DNA of 64,000 nucleotides from Acidimicrobiia bacterium (lineage in GTDB: Bacteria; Actinomycetota; Acidimicrobiia; Spongiisociales; UBA5794), in contig DATHUV010000034.1 of the NCBI GenBank assembly GCA_035461905.1, positions 8,574 to 72,573 on the forward strand, read 5' to 3'. A program made the translations under genes and the position numbers. The notes under the pieces were generated by a model. That model did not search any database, had not been told where the DNA came from, and saw only the letters and a list, made by a program, of their open reading frames with translations. This document shows positions 49,300 to 58,773 of the stretch, one piece after another (positions within the stretch are counted from its first letter, which is position 1; every line of letters starts with the position of its first letter).

Positions 49300-49677
49300 T
49301 CAGGTGCCGGGAGTGTCCCCACCAGCCCCCGGGTCCCGTTCGTGGAGTCCTACGATCATGCCCGTGGTGTCGGTGAAGTAACAGGCCTGACCTACACCGG
49401 GGATCGTGAACCTCGGCACGACGATCTCTCCTCCTGCGACGATGACCCGTGCCATCGCGCCGGGGAGGTCATCCACCTCGATCGTCACCACGGTGAGCGG
49501 CTCGCCATCCTGGGAGGTCGTGAACCCCGCATCGAGTCCGGGACCGTCGCCATTTCGGTGCACGAGGTAGTCGTCGCCGCCCCACGGCTGGGGGTCCCAT
49601 CCGAACACCTCCCGGTAGAACGCAGCCGATGCCTCGAGGTCACCGCTGTTGAATTCGATGTAGCTGACGTGTGCCAC
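49300..49677 (-). CDS. VOC (glyoxalase/bleomycin-resistance) family protein
   Basis: 125 aa, GTG start. VSYIEFNSGDLEASAAFYREVFGW is a typical VOC beta-alpha-beta-beta-beta N-terminus. Confidence 0.75.
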   Translation of the reverse strand: MAHVSYIEFNSGDLEASAAFYREVFGWDPQPWGGDDYLVHRNGDGPGLDAGFTTSQDGEPLTVVTIEVDDLPGAMARVIVAGGEIVVPRFTIPGVGQACYFTDTTGMIVGLHERDPGAGGDTPGT

Positions 49678-49698
49678 GGTCGTCCTCCAAGGAGTCGG

Positions 49699-50571
49699 CT
49701 ACTTCTCGATCGGGACGCGGACGGCGTTCCCGTACTCGGTCCACGAGCCGTCGTAGTTGCGGACCGTGGGGTACCCGAGCAGGTGTGTCAGGACGAACCA
49801 GGTGTGGCTCGACCGCTCGCCGATGCGGCAGTAGACGATCACGTCATCGTCTCGGGAGAGGCCGACCTCTCCCTCATAGATGGACTCGAGCTCCGATCGC
49901 GACCGGAAGGTCCCATCTTCTGAGGCTGCCCTCTTCCAGGGCACGTTTGCTGCCCCGGGGACGTGACCACCTCGGAGGGCACCCTCGTTCGGATAGTCGG
50001 GCATGTGCATGCGCTCCCCACTGAACTCCTCGGGGGATCGAACGTCGATCAGGGGCATGCCGTTGGCGCTGTGCTCGACGGTGTCGGACAGGAAGGCGCG
50101 GATAGCGGTGTCGTCTCGGACGGGAACGGGGTACTCGGATCGGGCACGCTCTGGTACGTCGGTGGTCATGGGGCGGTCCTCGGCGAGCCACTTCTGCCTG
50201 CCCCCGTCGAGCAGACGGACGTTGTCGTGGCCGAACAGCGAGAACACCCACAACGCATACGATGCCCACCAGTTGAAGTTGTCCCCGTAGAAGACAACGG
50301 TGGTATCCCGGGAGATCCCGTGGCGCTCCATCAGGTCTGCAAACGCCTCGGGGCTCAGGTAGTCACGCACGAGGGGATCGTTGAGGTCGGCGTGCCAATC
50401 GATCTTCACCGCTCCGGGGATGTGCCCGGTTTCGTAGAGGAGGACGTCCTCATCGGATTCGACGACCACGATGGAGGGATCGTCGAGGTGCTCGGCGAGC
50501 CAGTCGGTCGATACGAGAATGTCCGGGTTGGCGTACTCGGAGAACTTCGGGGAGCGGTCGCCTGACGTCAT
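49699..50571 (-). CDS. Thiosulfate / 3-mercaptopyruvate sulfurtransferase (tandem rhodanese)
   Basis: From ATG 50571: [13 protein letters not shown]...[11 protein letters not shown], with the active-site loop [13 protein letters not shown] in the second domain. Confidence 0.88.
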   Translation of the reverse strand: MTSGDRSPKFSEYANPDILVSTDWLAEHLDDPSIVVVESDEDVLLYETGHIPGAVKIDWHADLNDPLVRDYLSPEAFADLMERHGISRDTTVVFYGDNFNWWASYALWVFSLFGHDNVRLLDGGRQKWLAEDRPMTTDVPERARSEYPVPVRDDTAIRAFLSDTVEHSANGMPLIDVRSPEEFSGERMHMPDYPNEGALRGGHVPGAANVPWKRAASEDGTFRSRSELESIYEGEVGLSRDDDVIVYCRIGERSSHTWFVLTHLLGYPTVRNYDGSWTEYGNAVRVPIEK

Positions 50572-50668
50572 GGGGATCCCTTTCGAGCCTCGGTGCCGGA
50601 GCGTCCGTATGGTAACCACTACCGAGATAGGTAGAATACGGGATTCAGCGACTCGCAGAACGGTGATC

Positions 50669-51091
50669 ATGCCCCTTCCCGCGAAACTCGACCAGATCGT
50701 CACCCTGATGCACGGTGCACCCAAGAACCTCAAGGTCGAGGCGATGCTCGACTACTCGCGCCGGCTGCCACCCCTGCCTTCGCACATCGAGGCGGCGGAC
50801 CTCGAGCAGGTCCACGAGTGCCAATCCCCGTTCTTCCTCGCGACGGAGGTCGATGACGACGGGACGGTGCACCTCTTCTTCGAAGTGCCCCAGGAAGCCC
50901 CGACGGTGCGCGGCTTCGCCGGGATTCTGCTCGACGGCCTCGATGGTGAGTCCGCGGATGTCGTGCTCGGGGTTCCCGACGACTTCTTCTACGCGATGGG
51001 TCTCGAGGAGGTCGTCACACCGATGCGGTTGCGCGGCATGGGAGCGATCCTCGCAAGGATCAAGCGTCAAGTGCGCGACGCCGTCGCATGA
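50669..51091 (+). CDS. sufE: SufE-like sulfur acceptor protein
   Basis: From ATG 50669: [11 protein letters not shown]...[10 protein letters not shown] (conserved Cys)...[14 protein letters not shown]. It is divergent from the rhodanese gene. Confidence 0.8.
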   Translation: MPLPAKLDQIVTLMHGAPKNLKVEAMLDYSRRLPPLPSHIEAADLEQVHECQSPFFLATEVDDDGTVHLFFEVPQEAPTVRGFAGILLDGLDGESADVVLGVPDDFFYAMGLEEVVTPMRLRGMGAILARIKRQVRDAVA

Positions 51092-51104
51092 CCCGGACGC
51101 GAGA

Positions 51105-51126
51105 GGGGAGCGCCCGGGCGCTCCCC
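51105..51126. terminator. GC-rich palindromic hairpin between convergent sufE and SPFH genes
   Basis: GGGGAGCGCC-CG-GGCGCTCCCC is a perfect 10-nt inverted repeat. The top pairs must open to form a loop. Confidence 0.55.
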
Positions 51127-51149
51127 GCCGGCAACCCGGTTCCACGCCG

Positions 51150-52127
51150 CTACATCCCGGAGTCGGGTGTCCCCCCGAACTGCGGACCGGTGCGCCGGTC
51201 CCTCATCTCGGTTGCGGCAACCCGCTGCGAGTCAGTGAACAGCTCCCCGATCGCACCGATGCTCGAGAGCACGCCTGCGGTTTCGAGGGGGAGGTAGATC
51301 TTCGAGGCCTGCCCGTCGGCAATCCCCTGAAGTGCTTCGAGGTACTTGATGGCGATGAGGTCGGGCGTCGGGTCTCCGGTGTGGATCGCCGAGAACACCC
51401 GCTCGATCGCACGCCCTTCGCCCTCTGCGATGGTCTCCTTCTGGTACCGCTCGGCGTCTGCGACCTCGCGGATGGCCTGGGCCTGTCCCTCGGCGTCGAG
51501 GATCCTCGACTGCTTCACACCCTCCGAGCGGAGGATCGCTGCGCGCTTGTCACCCTCGGCTTCCGTCACCAGGGCACGACGATCGCGCTCCGCCTTCATC
51601 TGGCGGTGCATCGCGTCCGTCACGTCGGCGGGAGGGTCGATCCTCTGGATCTCGACACGAACGACCCTGGTACCCCAGACGTCCGTTGCCTCGTCGAGGA
51701 TCAGCCGCAACTCGGTGTTGATCTTCTCCCTTGACGTGAGGGCGTCGTCGAGATCCATGTCTCCGACCACGTTCCTCAGGTTGGTCTGGGCGAGCTTGGT
51801 CGCAGCGAGGATGAAGTTCGCCACGTTGTACGCAAGCTTGACCGGGTCGGTGGCCTGGAAGTACACGACGGCGTCGACGGTCACGACGACGTTGTCCTTC
51901 GTGATGACCTCCTGCGGTGGCACGTCGACGACCTGCTCACGCATGTCGATCTTGCGTACCTTCTCGATGAACGGCACGATCAGGTGGAATCCCGGATCGA
52001 GCGTCTTGCGGTATCGACCGAATCGCTCGACGAGACCCTGCTCGTACTGTTGGACGATCTTGATCGCCAGCCCCACGTAGATGATGAGTACGACGATGAG
52101 GACCAGGATGATCCCTGCGGCTTCCAT
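51150..52127 (-). CDS. SPFH/band-7 (stomatin-like) membrane protein
   Basis: N-terminal TM helix, then [34 protein letters not shown]...TKDNV and a coiled, Ala/Glu-rich C-terminal half. Confidence 0.9.
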   Translation of the reverse strand: MEAAGIILVLIVVLIIYVGLAIKIVQQYEQGLVERFGRYRKTLDPGFHLIVPFIEKVRKIDMREQVVDVPPQEVITKDNVVVTVDAVVYFQATDPVKLAYNVANFILAATKLAQTNLRNVVGDMDLDDALTSREKINTELRLILDEATDVWGTRVVRVEIQRIDPPADVTDAMHRQMKAERDRRALVTEAEGDKRAAILRSEGVKQSRILDAEGQAQAIREVADAERYQKETIAEGEGRAIERVFSAIHTGDPTPDLIAIKYLEALQGIADGQASKIYLPLETAGVLSSIGAIGELFTDSQRVAATEMRDRRTGPQFGGTPDSGM

Positions 52128-52158
52128 GCGTTCCCTTTCTCCTTCGACCTTGTCTGAC

Positions 52159-52956
52159 CTAGATGTCCTTGGGCTCGACGACCAGGCGCGCGCCGCGCAC
52201 CTCGACGACCCTGACGATGGTGCCTGCGGCGATCTCGTCGTCCCTGTCGGTGGTCGCCCGCCAGTCCTCTGTTCCCATCTTCACGGCGCCTGTCGTGAAC
52301 CTACTCACAGGCTCGCGGACGATCGCCGTTGCGCCGACGTAGCGGGCGGCGCCCACTGCGACGAGCTCACCGTGGACGTCCTTGCGGGCGAATCGCTGAA
52401 GCATCCACAGTGATGCGACGGAGACCACGACGAACGTGATGACCTGGAGCGGGACGGTGACGTTGGCGATTGCGAGCACGCCTGATGCTGCGGCGCCGAT
52501 GGCGAACGGCAGGAGGAAGAAGCCCGCGGTGACCATTTCGCCGACGGCAAGGAGAGCTGCCGCGATCAGCCAGACGGCGATCCATGTCCCCTGGTCGGTG
52601 CCGTCGTCCTCGGGCGCTACCACAGCGACGAGGGCGACGAGGGCGACCATGACCAGGATTCCTGCCCACAGGGCCCATCCAGGGGCCCGTCCATCGGTGG
52701 TGGGCATCGATGGGGGAGTCACGATCATTGGTGCAGCTGCGGGCTTCGGTCCGCGGAAGGCGAGCGCCCACTCCTCGGCGAAGTCATCGATGTCGGACCC
52801 GGTGACTGTCTCGATCCCCTTGTTCGCCGCAACGGCGTCCTCGAGGTGAGAGCGAAGCTCCGCGGCCATCTCGTCGGTTGCAGTCGGGGTGACGCCTGAG
52901 CCGAGCCAGTATGAACGGCACCGGTCCATCACCTGATCGACGGTCAGATCTGTCAC
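52159..52956 (-). CDS. Fusion protein: PadR-partner HAAS/DUF1700-like helical domain, TM helices, and C-terminal NfeD OB-fold
   Basis: GTG 52956 overlaps the padR stop (GTGA). The N-terminus [39 protein letters not shown] is the pattern seen in PadR-adjacent membrane partners. Four TM helices follow. The C-terminus [11 protein letters not shown]...[15 protein letters not shown]...[18 protein letters not shown] is the NfeD beta-barrel. Confidence 0.7.
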   Translation of the reverse strand: MTDLTVDQVMDRCRSYWLGSGVTPTATDEMAAELRSHLEDAVAANKGIETVTGSDIDDFAEEWALAFRGPKPAAAPMIVTPPSMPTTDGRAPGWALWAGILVMVALVALVAVVAPEDDGTDQGTWIAVWLIAAALLAVGEMVTAGFFLLPFAIGAAASGVLAIANVTVPLQVITFVVVSVASLWMLQRFARKDVHGELVAVGAARYVGATAIVREPVSRFTTGAVKMGTEDWRATTDRDDEIAAGTIVRVVEVRGARLVVEPKDI

Positions 52957-53294
52957 GTTGTGACTCCCTTCAAAACCTCGTCCACACCGTCTCTCAGGCT
53001 GGACCACTCATTTCTCCACTCGGTGAGGCGCTGCTCGCCCTCCGGTGCGATCCGGTAGTACTTCCGGGGTGGGCCGGATCCGTCAGCCTCGACGAAGAAT
53101 CCCTCGATGAGCGACGACCGCTGCATCCTCGACAGTGTCGGGTAGATCGAACCCTCACTCATCAGGTGCAATCCCCTCCTACTCAGCTTGTCGGCCATTT
53201 CGTACCCGTAACTTGGCTCCTCGCTGATTATTGCAAGAAGACACATGTCGAGCACTCCTTTGAGGAGCTGGCTCCGATGATCCATGCGACCCAT
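52953..53294 (-). CDS. PadR-family transcriptional regulator
   Basis: LLKGVLDMCLLAIISEEPSYGYEMADKL...GSIYPTLSRM. Possible starts are ATG 53294, ATG 53285 or GTG 53306. Confidence 0.9.
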   Translation of the reverse strand: MGRMDHRSQLLKGVLDMCLLAIISEEPSYGYEMADKLSRRGLHLMSEGSIYPTLSRMQRSSLIEGFFVEADGSGPPRKYYRIAPEGEQRLTEWRNEWSSLRDGVDEVLKGVTT

Positions 53295-53321
53295 ATCTTG
53301 TATCACCCGTTATCTAGGTTT

Positions 53322-53352
53322 CCATGATATCCACTGTCCATTGATATCATGG
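53322..53352. promoter_or_regulatory. Perfect 10-bp inverted repeat upstream of padR (probable PadR operator)
   Basis: CCATGATATC (53322-31), an 11-nt spacer, then GATATCATGG (53343-52). It lies in the only markedly AT-rich stretch nearby, 16-58 nt upstream of the candidate padR starts. Confidence 0.6.
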
Positions 53353-53406
53353 TAAGACGACTATGTCAAGGGTGGTTTCGTCACCGGGGGCGATTCCGGT
53401 CCGCCG

Positions 53407-54312
53407 TCAGGGACAGCTGGGCCGCCACTCGCCCTCACCGAACACCGAGGCGGCGATGGTCCACAGGGCGGGGTCGTAGTCGAGCAGCTCGTCCCTCGTG
53501 TTGATGGCGTTGTGGCTGGAGTTCGGTTCCCGATCCTCGGCCGTGTCCTCCAGGTTCGCGTCGAAGTAGCTCTGGGCACCCTCCATCCAGTACTCGTCCG
53601 CGTTGATCTCCGCCAAGGTGTTGTTCCACAGGCCCTGTGCAATCGCTCGACCGTACGCCTGGTCGATCGCGAGGGAGGTTGCCGGGTCGGCCGTGTCGAT
53701 CCCGAACCTCTTGATCGTGAGCGCGAAGGCGCGTACGAAGTCGTCCTCGCCCTCGTAGAAGTCTCCGTCCGAGCACAGCAGGTTCTCCTCTGCTCCTGCG
53801 AAGTACGGGACGAGTTCGGTGCCGGGGAACGATCGACCCCGCCGTATCCAGTCGAAGCCCGGGTACTGGTCGTACAGGTCGGCGAACTCCGGGAGCTCGG
53901 TGATGCGCTGGTCCTCGTCGATGATCCGTCCCGCGAGCCCCTGATCGACCATGGCCGCAAGGAGGTCCGGTCTGCTGAGGAGCATCTCGTAGACGCGCTC
54001 TGCAGCGGCTGTCACGGCAGAGGGCTCGACGTCCTCGGGTGCGAGGATCTCGATACCGAGCACGCTGCATCCCTGCGCATACCCCTCGACGGAGGCGTCG
54101 GCTCCCACGACGCACTCGTTCTCGGGCAGGGCGATCGTGGTGGTCGTCGTCGGGTCGGTCCCGGGTGCACTCGTCGTGGTGCTGCCGAGTGGGGCAAGCG
54201 TCGTGATGGGCGTCTGGTCAGTCGTCGACGTCACGATGACGCCGGCGTTGCTCGACGTGCATGCCGCAACGGTGATGGCGAGTGCTACGGCGAGGAGGCT
54301 GAACCTGTGCAT
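53407..54312 (-). CDS. Lipoprotein of unknown function
   Basis: MHRFSLLAVALAITVAAC (lipobox), a Thr-rich linker, and a roughly 230-aa domain with no motif I recognise. Confidence 0.7.
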   Translation of the reverse strand: MHRFSLLAVALAITVAACTSSNAGVIVTSTTDQTPITTLAPLGSTTTSAPGTDPTTTTTIALPENECVVGADASVEGYAQGCSVLGIEILAPEDVEPSAVTAAAERVYEMLLSRPDLLAAMVDQGLAGRIIDEDQRITELPEFADLYDQYPGFDWIRRGRSFPGTELVPYFAGAEENLLCSDGDFYEGEDDFVRAFALTIKRFGIDTADPATSLAIDQAYGRAIAQGLWNNTLAEINADEYWMEGAQSYFDANLEDTAEDREPNSSHNAINTRDELLDYDPALWTIAASVFGEGEWRPSCP

Positions 54313-54385
54313 CGCGCCCGAGGATACGACCCTGGTGGTCGAGGTCGTGCTTCAACGCCGAAGGTGGTGGTGTACCTTTGCCGAC

Positions 54386-54745
54386 ATGTCACCGTCAGCA
54401 GCCGACATCGAGGCCCTTGCCCGCACCCGCACGGTTGACCTGACCACCATCGGTCGACGCTCAGGGCAGCCACGCACCGTCGAGATCTGGTGGTTCCACG
54501 TGGATGGCCGGTTCATCATCACCGGGACACCGGGCCGCCGCGACTGGCTCGCGAACGTTCGAGCAAACCCGCGCGTGACGGTCTCCGCAGGCAACGGCGA
54601 CTTCCACGGAACCGCGACGGAGGTGGATGATGCCGCGTTCAAGCGTCGCGTCTTCACGGATGCCCAGATCGGCTGGTACCGGACGCAGGCGGACCTCGAC
54701 GAGCTGATCTCCACCGCACCGATGGTCGAGGTCGTGCTTCACTGA
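54386..54745 (+). CDS. DUF385-like deazaflavin (F420)-dependent nitroreductase family protein
   Basis: From ATG 54386: TIGRRSGQPRTVEIWWFHVDGRFIITGTPGRRDWLANVRANPRVTV. The longer track ORF would overlap the lipoprotein gene. Confidence 0.65.
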   Translation: MSPSAADIEALARTRTVDLTTIGRRSGQPRTVEIWWFHVDGRFIITGTPGRRDWLANVRANPRVTVSAGNGDFHGTATEVDDAAFKRRVFTDAQIGWYRTQADLDELISTAPMVEVVLH

Positions 54746-54752
54746 CGGAGAT

Positions 54753-54804
54753 GTTCTTGCGTAACTGGGTTCCACCCATGGGCGGAACCCAGTTACGCAA
54801 GAAC
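54753..54804 (+). repeat. Palindromic element copy 4
   Basis: GTTCTTGCGTAACTGGGTT at 54753-71 and AACCCAGTTACGCAAGAAC at 54786-804. The inner CC/GG pairs extend the stem. The right arm contains the clpB stop codon (54793-95). Confidence 0.95.
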
Positions 54805-57369
54805 GGCGAAGGTGGGGCCGTTCTCGTCGGCGCCGATGGTGACCCGCGAGCCCTCGGGGAGCTCACCGGCGAGGACACGCATCGCAAGCGGGTCGGCGAC
54901 CGCCGTCTGGAGCAGGCGCTTCAGCGGCCTCGCCCCGTAGGTGGGGTCGTAGCCGTGGTCGGTGAGCCAGTCGATACCGGCATCGGCCAGTTCCACGTCG
55001 ATCTTGCGATCGGCGAGCCGGTGGCGGAGGATCTCGAACTGGATCTCGACGATCTGGCGAAGGTCCTCTCTGGTGAGTCGATGGAAGACGATCACGTCGT
55101 CGACCCGGTTGAGGAACTCCGGGCGGAAGTGCCCACGCACCGCACCCATCACCCTCTCCTCGACGACCTCCTCGGGCAGCTCGGGGTCGATGAACTCCGA
55201 CCCGAGATTGGACGTCATCACGAGGACGGTGTTCGTGAAGTCGACGGTTCGACCCTGCCCGTCCGTCATGCGGCCGTCATCGAGCACCTGGAGGAGGGCG
55301 TTGAACACGTCGGAGTGGGCCTTCTCGACCTCATCGAGGAGGATCACCGAATACGGCCTCCGCCGAACCGCCTCGGTCAGCTGGCCTCCCTCGTCATACC
55401 CGACGTACCCGGGGGGAGCGCCGATGAGGCGGCTCACGGAGTGCTTCTCCATGTACTCGGACATGTCGATGCGCACCATTGCCCGCTCGTCGTCGAACAT
55501 GAACTGCGCCAGGGCCCTGGCGAGCTCGGTCTTGCCGACGCCCGTCGGGCCGAGGAAGAGGAACGAGCCGATCGGTCGATTCGGGTCCGAGAGGCCCGCC
55601 CGTGAGCGTCGGATCGCGCTCGCGATCGATGTCACCGCCTCTTGCTGCCCTACGACGCGGCCGTGGAGATGGTCCTCGAGATGGATGAGTTTGTGCATCT
55701 CGCCCTCCATGAGCTTGGACACCGGAACACCGGTCCATCGGCTCACGACCTCGGCGACGTCCTCCTCGTCGACTTCCTCCTTGAGCATCTTCAGGTCCTG
55801 CTGGAGCGAGTCGAGCCTGCCCTGTTCCTCCTGGAGTTGCTGATCGAGGCTCGGCAGGGTCGCATACCGCAGTTCGGCAGCCCGCTCGAGATCCCCGGAA
55901 CGCTCGGCACGGTCGGCCTCGGCGCGGGACTCCTCGATCCGTCCCTTCGTCCCTCGGATCGCGTCGATCGAATCCTTCTCGAGCTGCCAGTGCGCCATGA
56001 GGGCGTCGAGCTCCTCACCGATATCCGCTAGCTCCTCGACGATCGCCTCGCGACGCTCCTCTGAAGCACGGTCCTCTTCCTTGGCAAGGGCCTGGCGCTC
56101 GATCTCGAGCTGACGGCGCCGTCGTTCGAGTTCATCGATCTCGTCAGGCATCGAGTCGATCTCGATCCGGAGCTTCGACGCCGCCTCATCGATGAGGTCG
56201 ATCGCCTTGTCCGGAAGGTGCCGGCCGGTCACGTACCGGTCCGAGAGGACGGCCGCACCGATGAGGGCAGCGTCCGTGATACGAACCCCGTGGTGGACCT
56301 CATAGCGCTCCTTGAGGCCACGAAGGATGCCGATGGTCTCGTCGACACTCGGGGCATCGACGAGGACTGGCTGGAATCGACGCTCGAGCGCAGCGTCCTT
56401 CTCGATGTACTTGCGGTACTCGTCGAGCGTCGTCGCCCCGACCATGCGGAGCTCACCGCGGGCGAGCATCGGCTTGAGCATGTTCGATGCGTCCATCGAC
56501 CCCTCGGCGGCGCCCGCTCCGACGATCGTGTGCATTTCGTCGATGAAGGTGATGATGCGACCCTCAGCGGCCTTGATCTCACCGAGCACCGCCTGGAGTC
56601 GCTCCTCGAATTCTCCGCGGTACTTCGCACCTGCAACCATCGATCCGATGTCGAGGGCGACGAGCCGTCGGTTCTTGAGGCTCTCGGGGACGTCACCGTC
56701 GACGATCCGCTGGGCGAGGCCCTCCGCAATCGCCGTCTTGCCCGTGCCCGGTTCGCCGATGAGGACGGGGTTGTTCTTCGTTCGGCGTGAGAGCACCTGA
56801 ACGACGCGACGAATCTCGTCGTCGCGACCGATGACCGGGTCGAGTCTTCCCCTCCTGGCCTCCTCGGTGAGGTCCCTCCCGTACTTGTCGAGTGGCGCGA
56901 ACGTGTCCTCGGGGTTCTGGCTCGTCACGCTCTGGCTCCCGCGCACAGACGCGAGTGACTCGAGGATCGTGGCCTTCGTCACGCCGGCAGATCGGAGGAT
57001 CTCCCCGGCGGTGAACTCAGACTCCGCAAGTGCGATCAGGATGTGCTCGACAGAGGTGTAGGCGTCCTTCATCCCCGTCCGCTCGCGTGTTGCCGCGTCG
57101 AGGACGTCGAGCGTGTCTTGCGAGAACGCGACCTCTGATCCACCAACGACCCTCGGGATCGCAGCGAGCGCGGCATCGAGCGGTTGCCGTACCGCCGTGA
57201 CGTGGGCGCCGACGGACGCGAGGATCGGGTACACCAGGCCGTCCGTCTGGGCGAGCAAGGCATCGAGGAGGTGCTCGGGCTGCGCATACTGGTGGTTGCG
57301 TGCGCTGGCCACGTCCCGTGCGTGGAGGATCGCCTGTTGGCTTCGCTGCGTGAAGGTGTTGATGTCCAT
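54793..57369 (-). CDS. clpB: ATP-dependent chaperone/disaggregase ClpB
   Basis: From ATG 57369 ([14 protein letters not shown]). There are two AAA+ modules ([10 protein letters not shown] and [11 protein letters not shown]) and a middle coiled coil. The C-terminus ...[10 protein letters not shown]-stop has its last codons inside element copy 4. Confidence 0.95.
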   Translation of the reverse strand: MDINTFTQRSQQAILHARDVASARNHQYAQPEHLLDALLAQTDGLVYPILASVGAHVTAVRQPLDAALAAIPRVVGGSEVAFSQDTLDVLDAATRERTGMKDAYTSVEHILIALAESEFTAGEILRSAGVTKATILESLASVRGSQSVTSQNPEDTFAPLDKYGRDLTEEARRGRLDPVIGRDDEIRRVVQVLSRRTKNNPVLIGEPGTGKTAIAEGLAQRIVDGDVPESLKNRRLVALDIGSMVAGAKYRGEFEERLQAVLGEIKAAEGRIITFIDEMHTIVGAGAAEGSMDASNMLKPMLARGELRMVGATTLDEYRKYIEKDAALERRFQPVLVDAPSVDETIGILRGLKERYEVHHGVRITDAALIGAAVLSDRYVTGRHLPDKAIDLIDEAASKLRIEIDSMPDEIDELERRRRQLEIERQALAKEEDRASEERREAIVEELADIGEELDALMAHWQLEKDSIDAIRGTKGRIEESRAEADRAERSGDLERAAELRYATLPSLDQQLQEEQGRLDSLQQDLKMLKEEVDEEDVAEVVSRWTGVPVSKLMEGEMHKLIHLEDHLHGRVVGQQEAVTSIASAIRRSRAGLSDPNRPIGSFLFLGPTGVGKTELARALAQFMFDDERAMVRIDMSEYMEKHSVSRLIGAPPGYVGYDEGGQLTEAVRRRPYSVILLDEVEKAHSDVFNALLQVLDDGRMTDGQGRTVDFTNTVLVMTSNLGSEFIDPELPEEVVEERVMGAVRGHFRPEFLNRVDDVIVFHRLTREDLRQIVEIQFEILRHRLADRKIDVELADAGIDWLTDHGYDPTYGARPLKRLLQTAVADPLAMRVLAGELPEGSRVTIGADENGPTFAVLA

Positions 57370-57468
57370 GGGTCCCCGATTATCGTGTCGCACGACCGAG
57401 TTCCTCGATCGTCCCCTGTAATGCTACCTCCAATTCAACGCTGCTAGTGAGTGATGTATGCCAGATAA

Positions 57469-57489
57469 CTTGAGTCAAAGTGACTCAGA
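57469..57489. promoter_or_regulatory. HAIR (HspR-associated inverted repeat) operator upstream of clpB
   Basis: CTTGAGT-CAAAGTG-ACTCAGA compares with the consensus CTTGAGT-N7-ACTCAAG. It lies about 100 nt upstream of the clpB ATG in an AT-richer divergent promoter region. hspR itself is at 63570-63971. Confidence 0.75.
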
Positions 57490-57502
57490 ACACGAAGGTC
57501 AG

Positions 57503-57982
57503 ATGGAAGGCGGTGGCACCGATGGCCGTGGCGGCGTCTGGGTCGCCGGACAGGTGGTGCTGTTCGGCCTTTTTCTCGTGAGCGTGATCGGATCGGGCCC
57601 CATTCCAGACGTCCCCGGCATCCAGTTCGCTCGGATCGTCGGCATCCTCGTGGCTCTCGGGGGCGCCGCGCTGTCGAGCTGGGCATTCGTCCATCACGGG
57701 TCTGATCTGACTCCATTCCCGAAGCCTGTGGATGGTCAGCAGCTCATCGACCAGGGTCCGTACCGCCACGTCCGGCACCCGATGTACTCGGGAATCATCG
57801 CTTTCACGCTCGGTGTCGGCCTCGCGTATGCGAACCCTGCGACGATGCTGTCGTCGCTGGCATTCACCGTGTTCTTCATGGCGAAGACGGGCCACGAGGA
57901 GGAACTGCTCATCCGTCACGTACCCGGGTATCGCGCCTACCGAGCGGCGGTTCCGTGGAGGTTGATCCCGTTCGTCCTGTGA
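57503..57982 (+). CDS. Isoprenylcysteine carboxyl methyltransferase (ICMT/PEMT)-family membrane methyltransferase
   Basis: From ATG 57503. Polytopic, with LIDQGPYRHVRHPMYSGIIAFTLG and EEELL. Confidence 0.8.
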   Translation: MEGGGTDGRGGVWVAGQVVLFGLFLVSVIGSGPIPDVPGIQFARIVGILVALGGAALSSWAFVHHGSDLTPFPKPVDGQQLIDQGPYRHVRHPMYSGIIAFTLGVGLAYANPATMLSSLAFTVFFMAKTGHEEELLIRHVPGYRAYRAAVPWRLIPFVL

Positions 57983-58062
57983 CCGGCGGATACGGCGGGC
58001 CGTCCCTTACCGTTCGCGCGAGTGCTCCCGTGGTGTGGGGCGACGTGAAAGGGGTCAGGTCC

Positions 58063-58503
58063 ATGCGAGCGTTTCGTACTGCTGCAGTCATCGCGGCGTT
58101 CGCCCTCATTCTGGCGGCGTGCAGCGGGGGTGACGAAGTCTTGAGTGTCGACGACGCATGGGGGCGGCCCTCACCGACGTCATCGTCGAATGGAGCGTTC
58201 TACATGACGATCACGGGCGGTGCCGAGGACGACCGCATCGTCTCTGCGGAATCGCCGGCATGCGGCATGGTCGAGCTTCACGAAACCACGATGACCGACG
58301 GCTCGATGTCGATGCGCGAGCTCCCCGGCGGCATCCCCGTTCCCTCCGGCGAAACGGTCGTCCTCGAACCAGGCGGCATGCACATCATGTGTATGAATGT
58401 CCAGACTGCGCTGACGGAGGGAGAGACCGTAGCCGTCAAGCTCACCCTCGAGAACAGCGGCCTCATCACGGTGCAGGCCGAGATCCGCGAATTGGCTCCC
58501 TGA
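58063..58503 (+). CDS. Copper chaperone PCu(A)C (DUF461) lipoprotein
   Basis: From ATG 58063: MRAFRTAAVIAAFALILAACSG (lipobox). GAFYMTITGG, and VELHETTMTDGSMSMREL (H..M..M copper motif). Confidence 0.85.
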   Translation: MRAFRTAAVIAAFALILAACSGGDEVLSVDDAWGRPSPTSSSNGAFYMTITGGAEDDRIVSAESPACGMVELHETTMTDGSMSMRELPGGIPVPSGETVVLEPGGMHIMCMNVQTALTEGETVAVKLTLENSGLITVQAEIRELAP

Positions 58504-58530
58504 CCTTTCGTCCTCCCTTCAGGAATGGAG

Positions 58531-58551
58531 TCCGATCACTGCGTGATCGGA
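58531..58551 (+). terminator. Hairpin downstream of the PCu(A)C gene
   Basis: TCCGATCAC-TGC-GTGATCGGA, a 9-bp stem 28 nt after the stop. There is no T-tract. Confidence 0.45.
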
Positions 58552-58734
58552 AGCCTCCAGCCTACGAGCTGGGTTTCGAGGCCCAAGACGGTCGGCCTAC
58601 CTATGAGACAGCAAGACTCTTGGGGGGACGGGCGAACGAAGTGAGCCAGGGGGTCCGCGAGCCCGCGAGCACGGGAGTGGGATGCGGCCGCGGTGTGGTT
58701 CTTCGTCCCGTGATCCCCCTGCATCGTCGCTTCG

Positions 58735-58773
58735 CTCCTCTGCCGTCCCCCTTGAAAAGGGGGACGAGAGGAG
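58735..58773 (-). terminator. Extended hairpin immediately downstream of the DUF427 gene
   Basis: CTCCTCT-GCC-GTCCCCCTT-GAA-AAGGGGGAC-G-AGAGGAG gives 16 bp in total with a small internal loop, starting 16 nt after the minus-strand stop at 58789. Confidence 0.55.

Noticed and set aside
57370-57502. Assigning explicit -35/-10 hexamers for clpB (for example TTGACT overlapping HAIR) and for the 19964-20068 and 59074-59184 regions.
   Set aside because: Candidate hexamers exist, but the spacing and -10 matches are poor or ambiguous. Without transcription start data they would be guesses.
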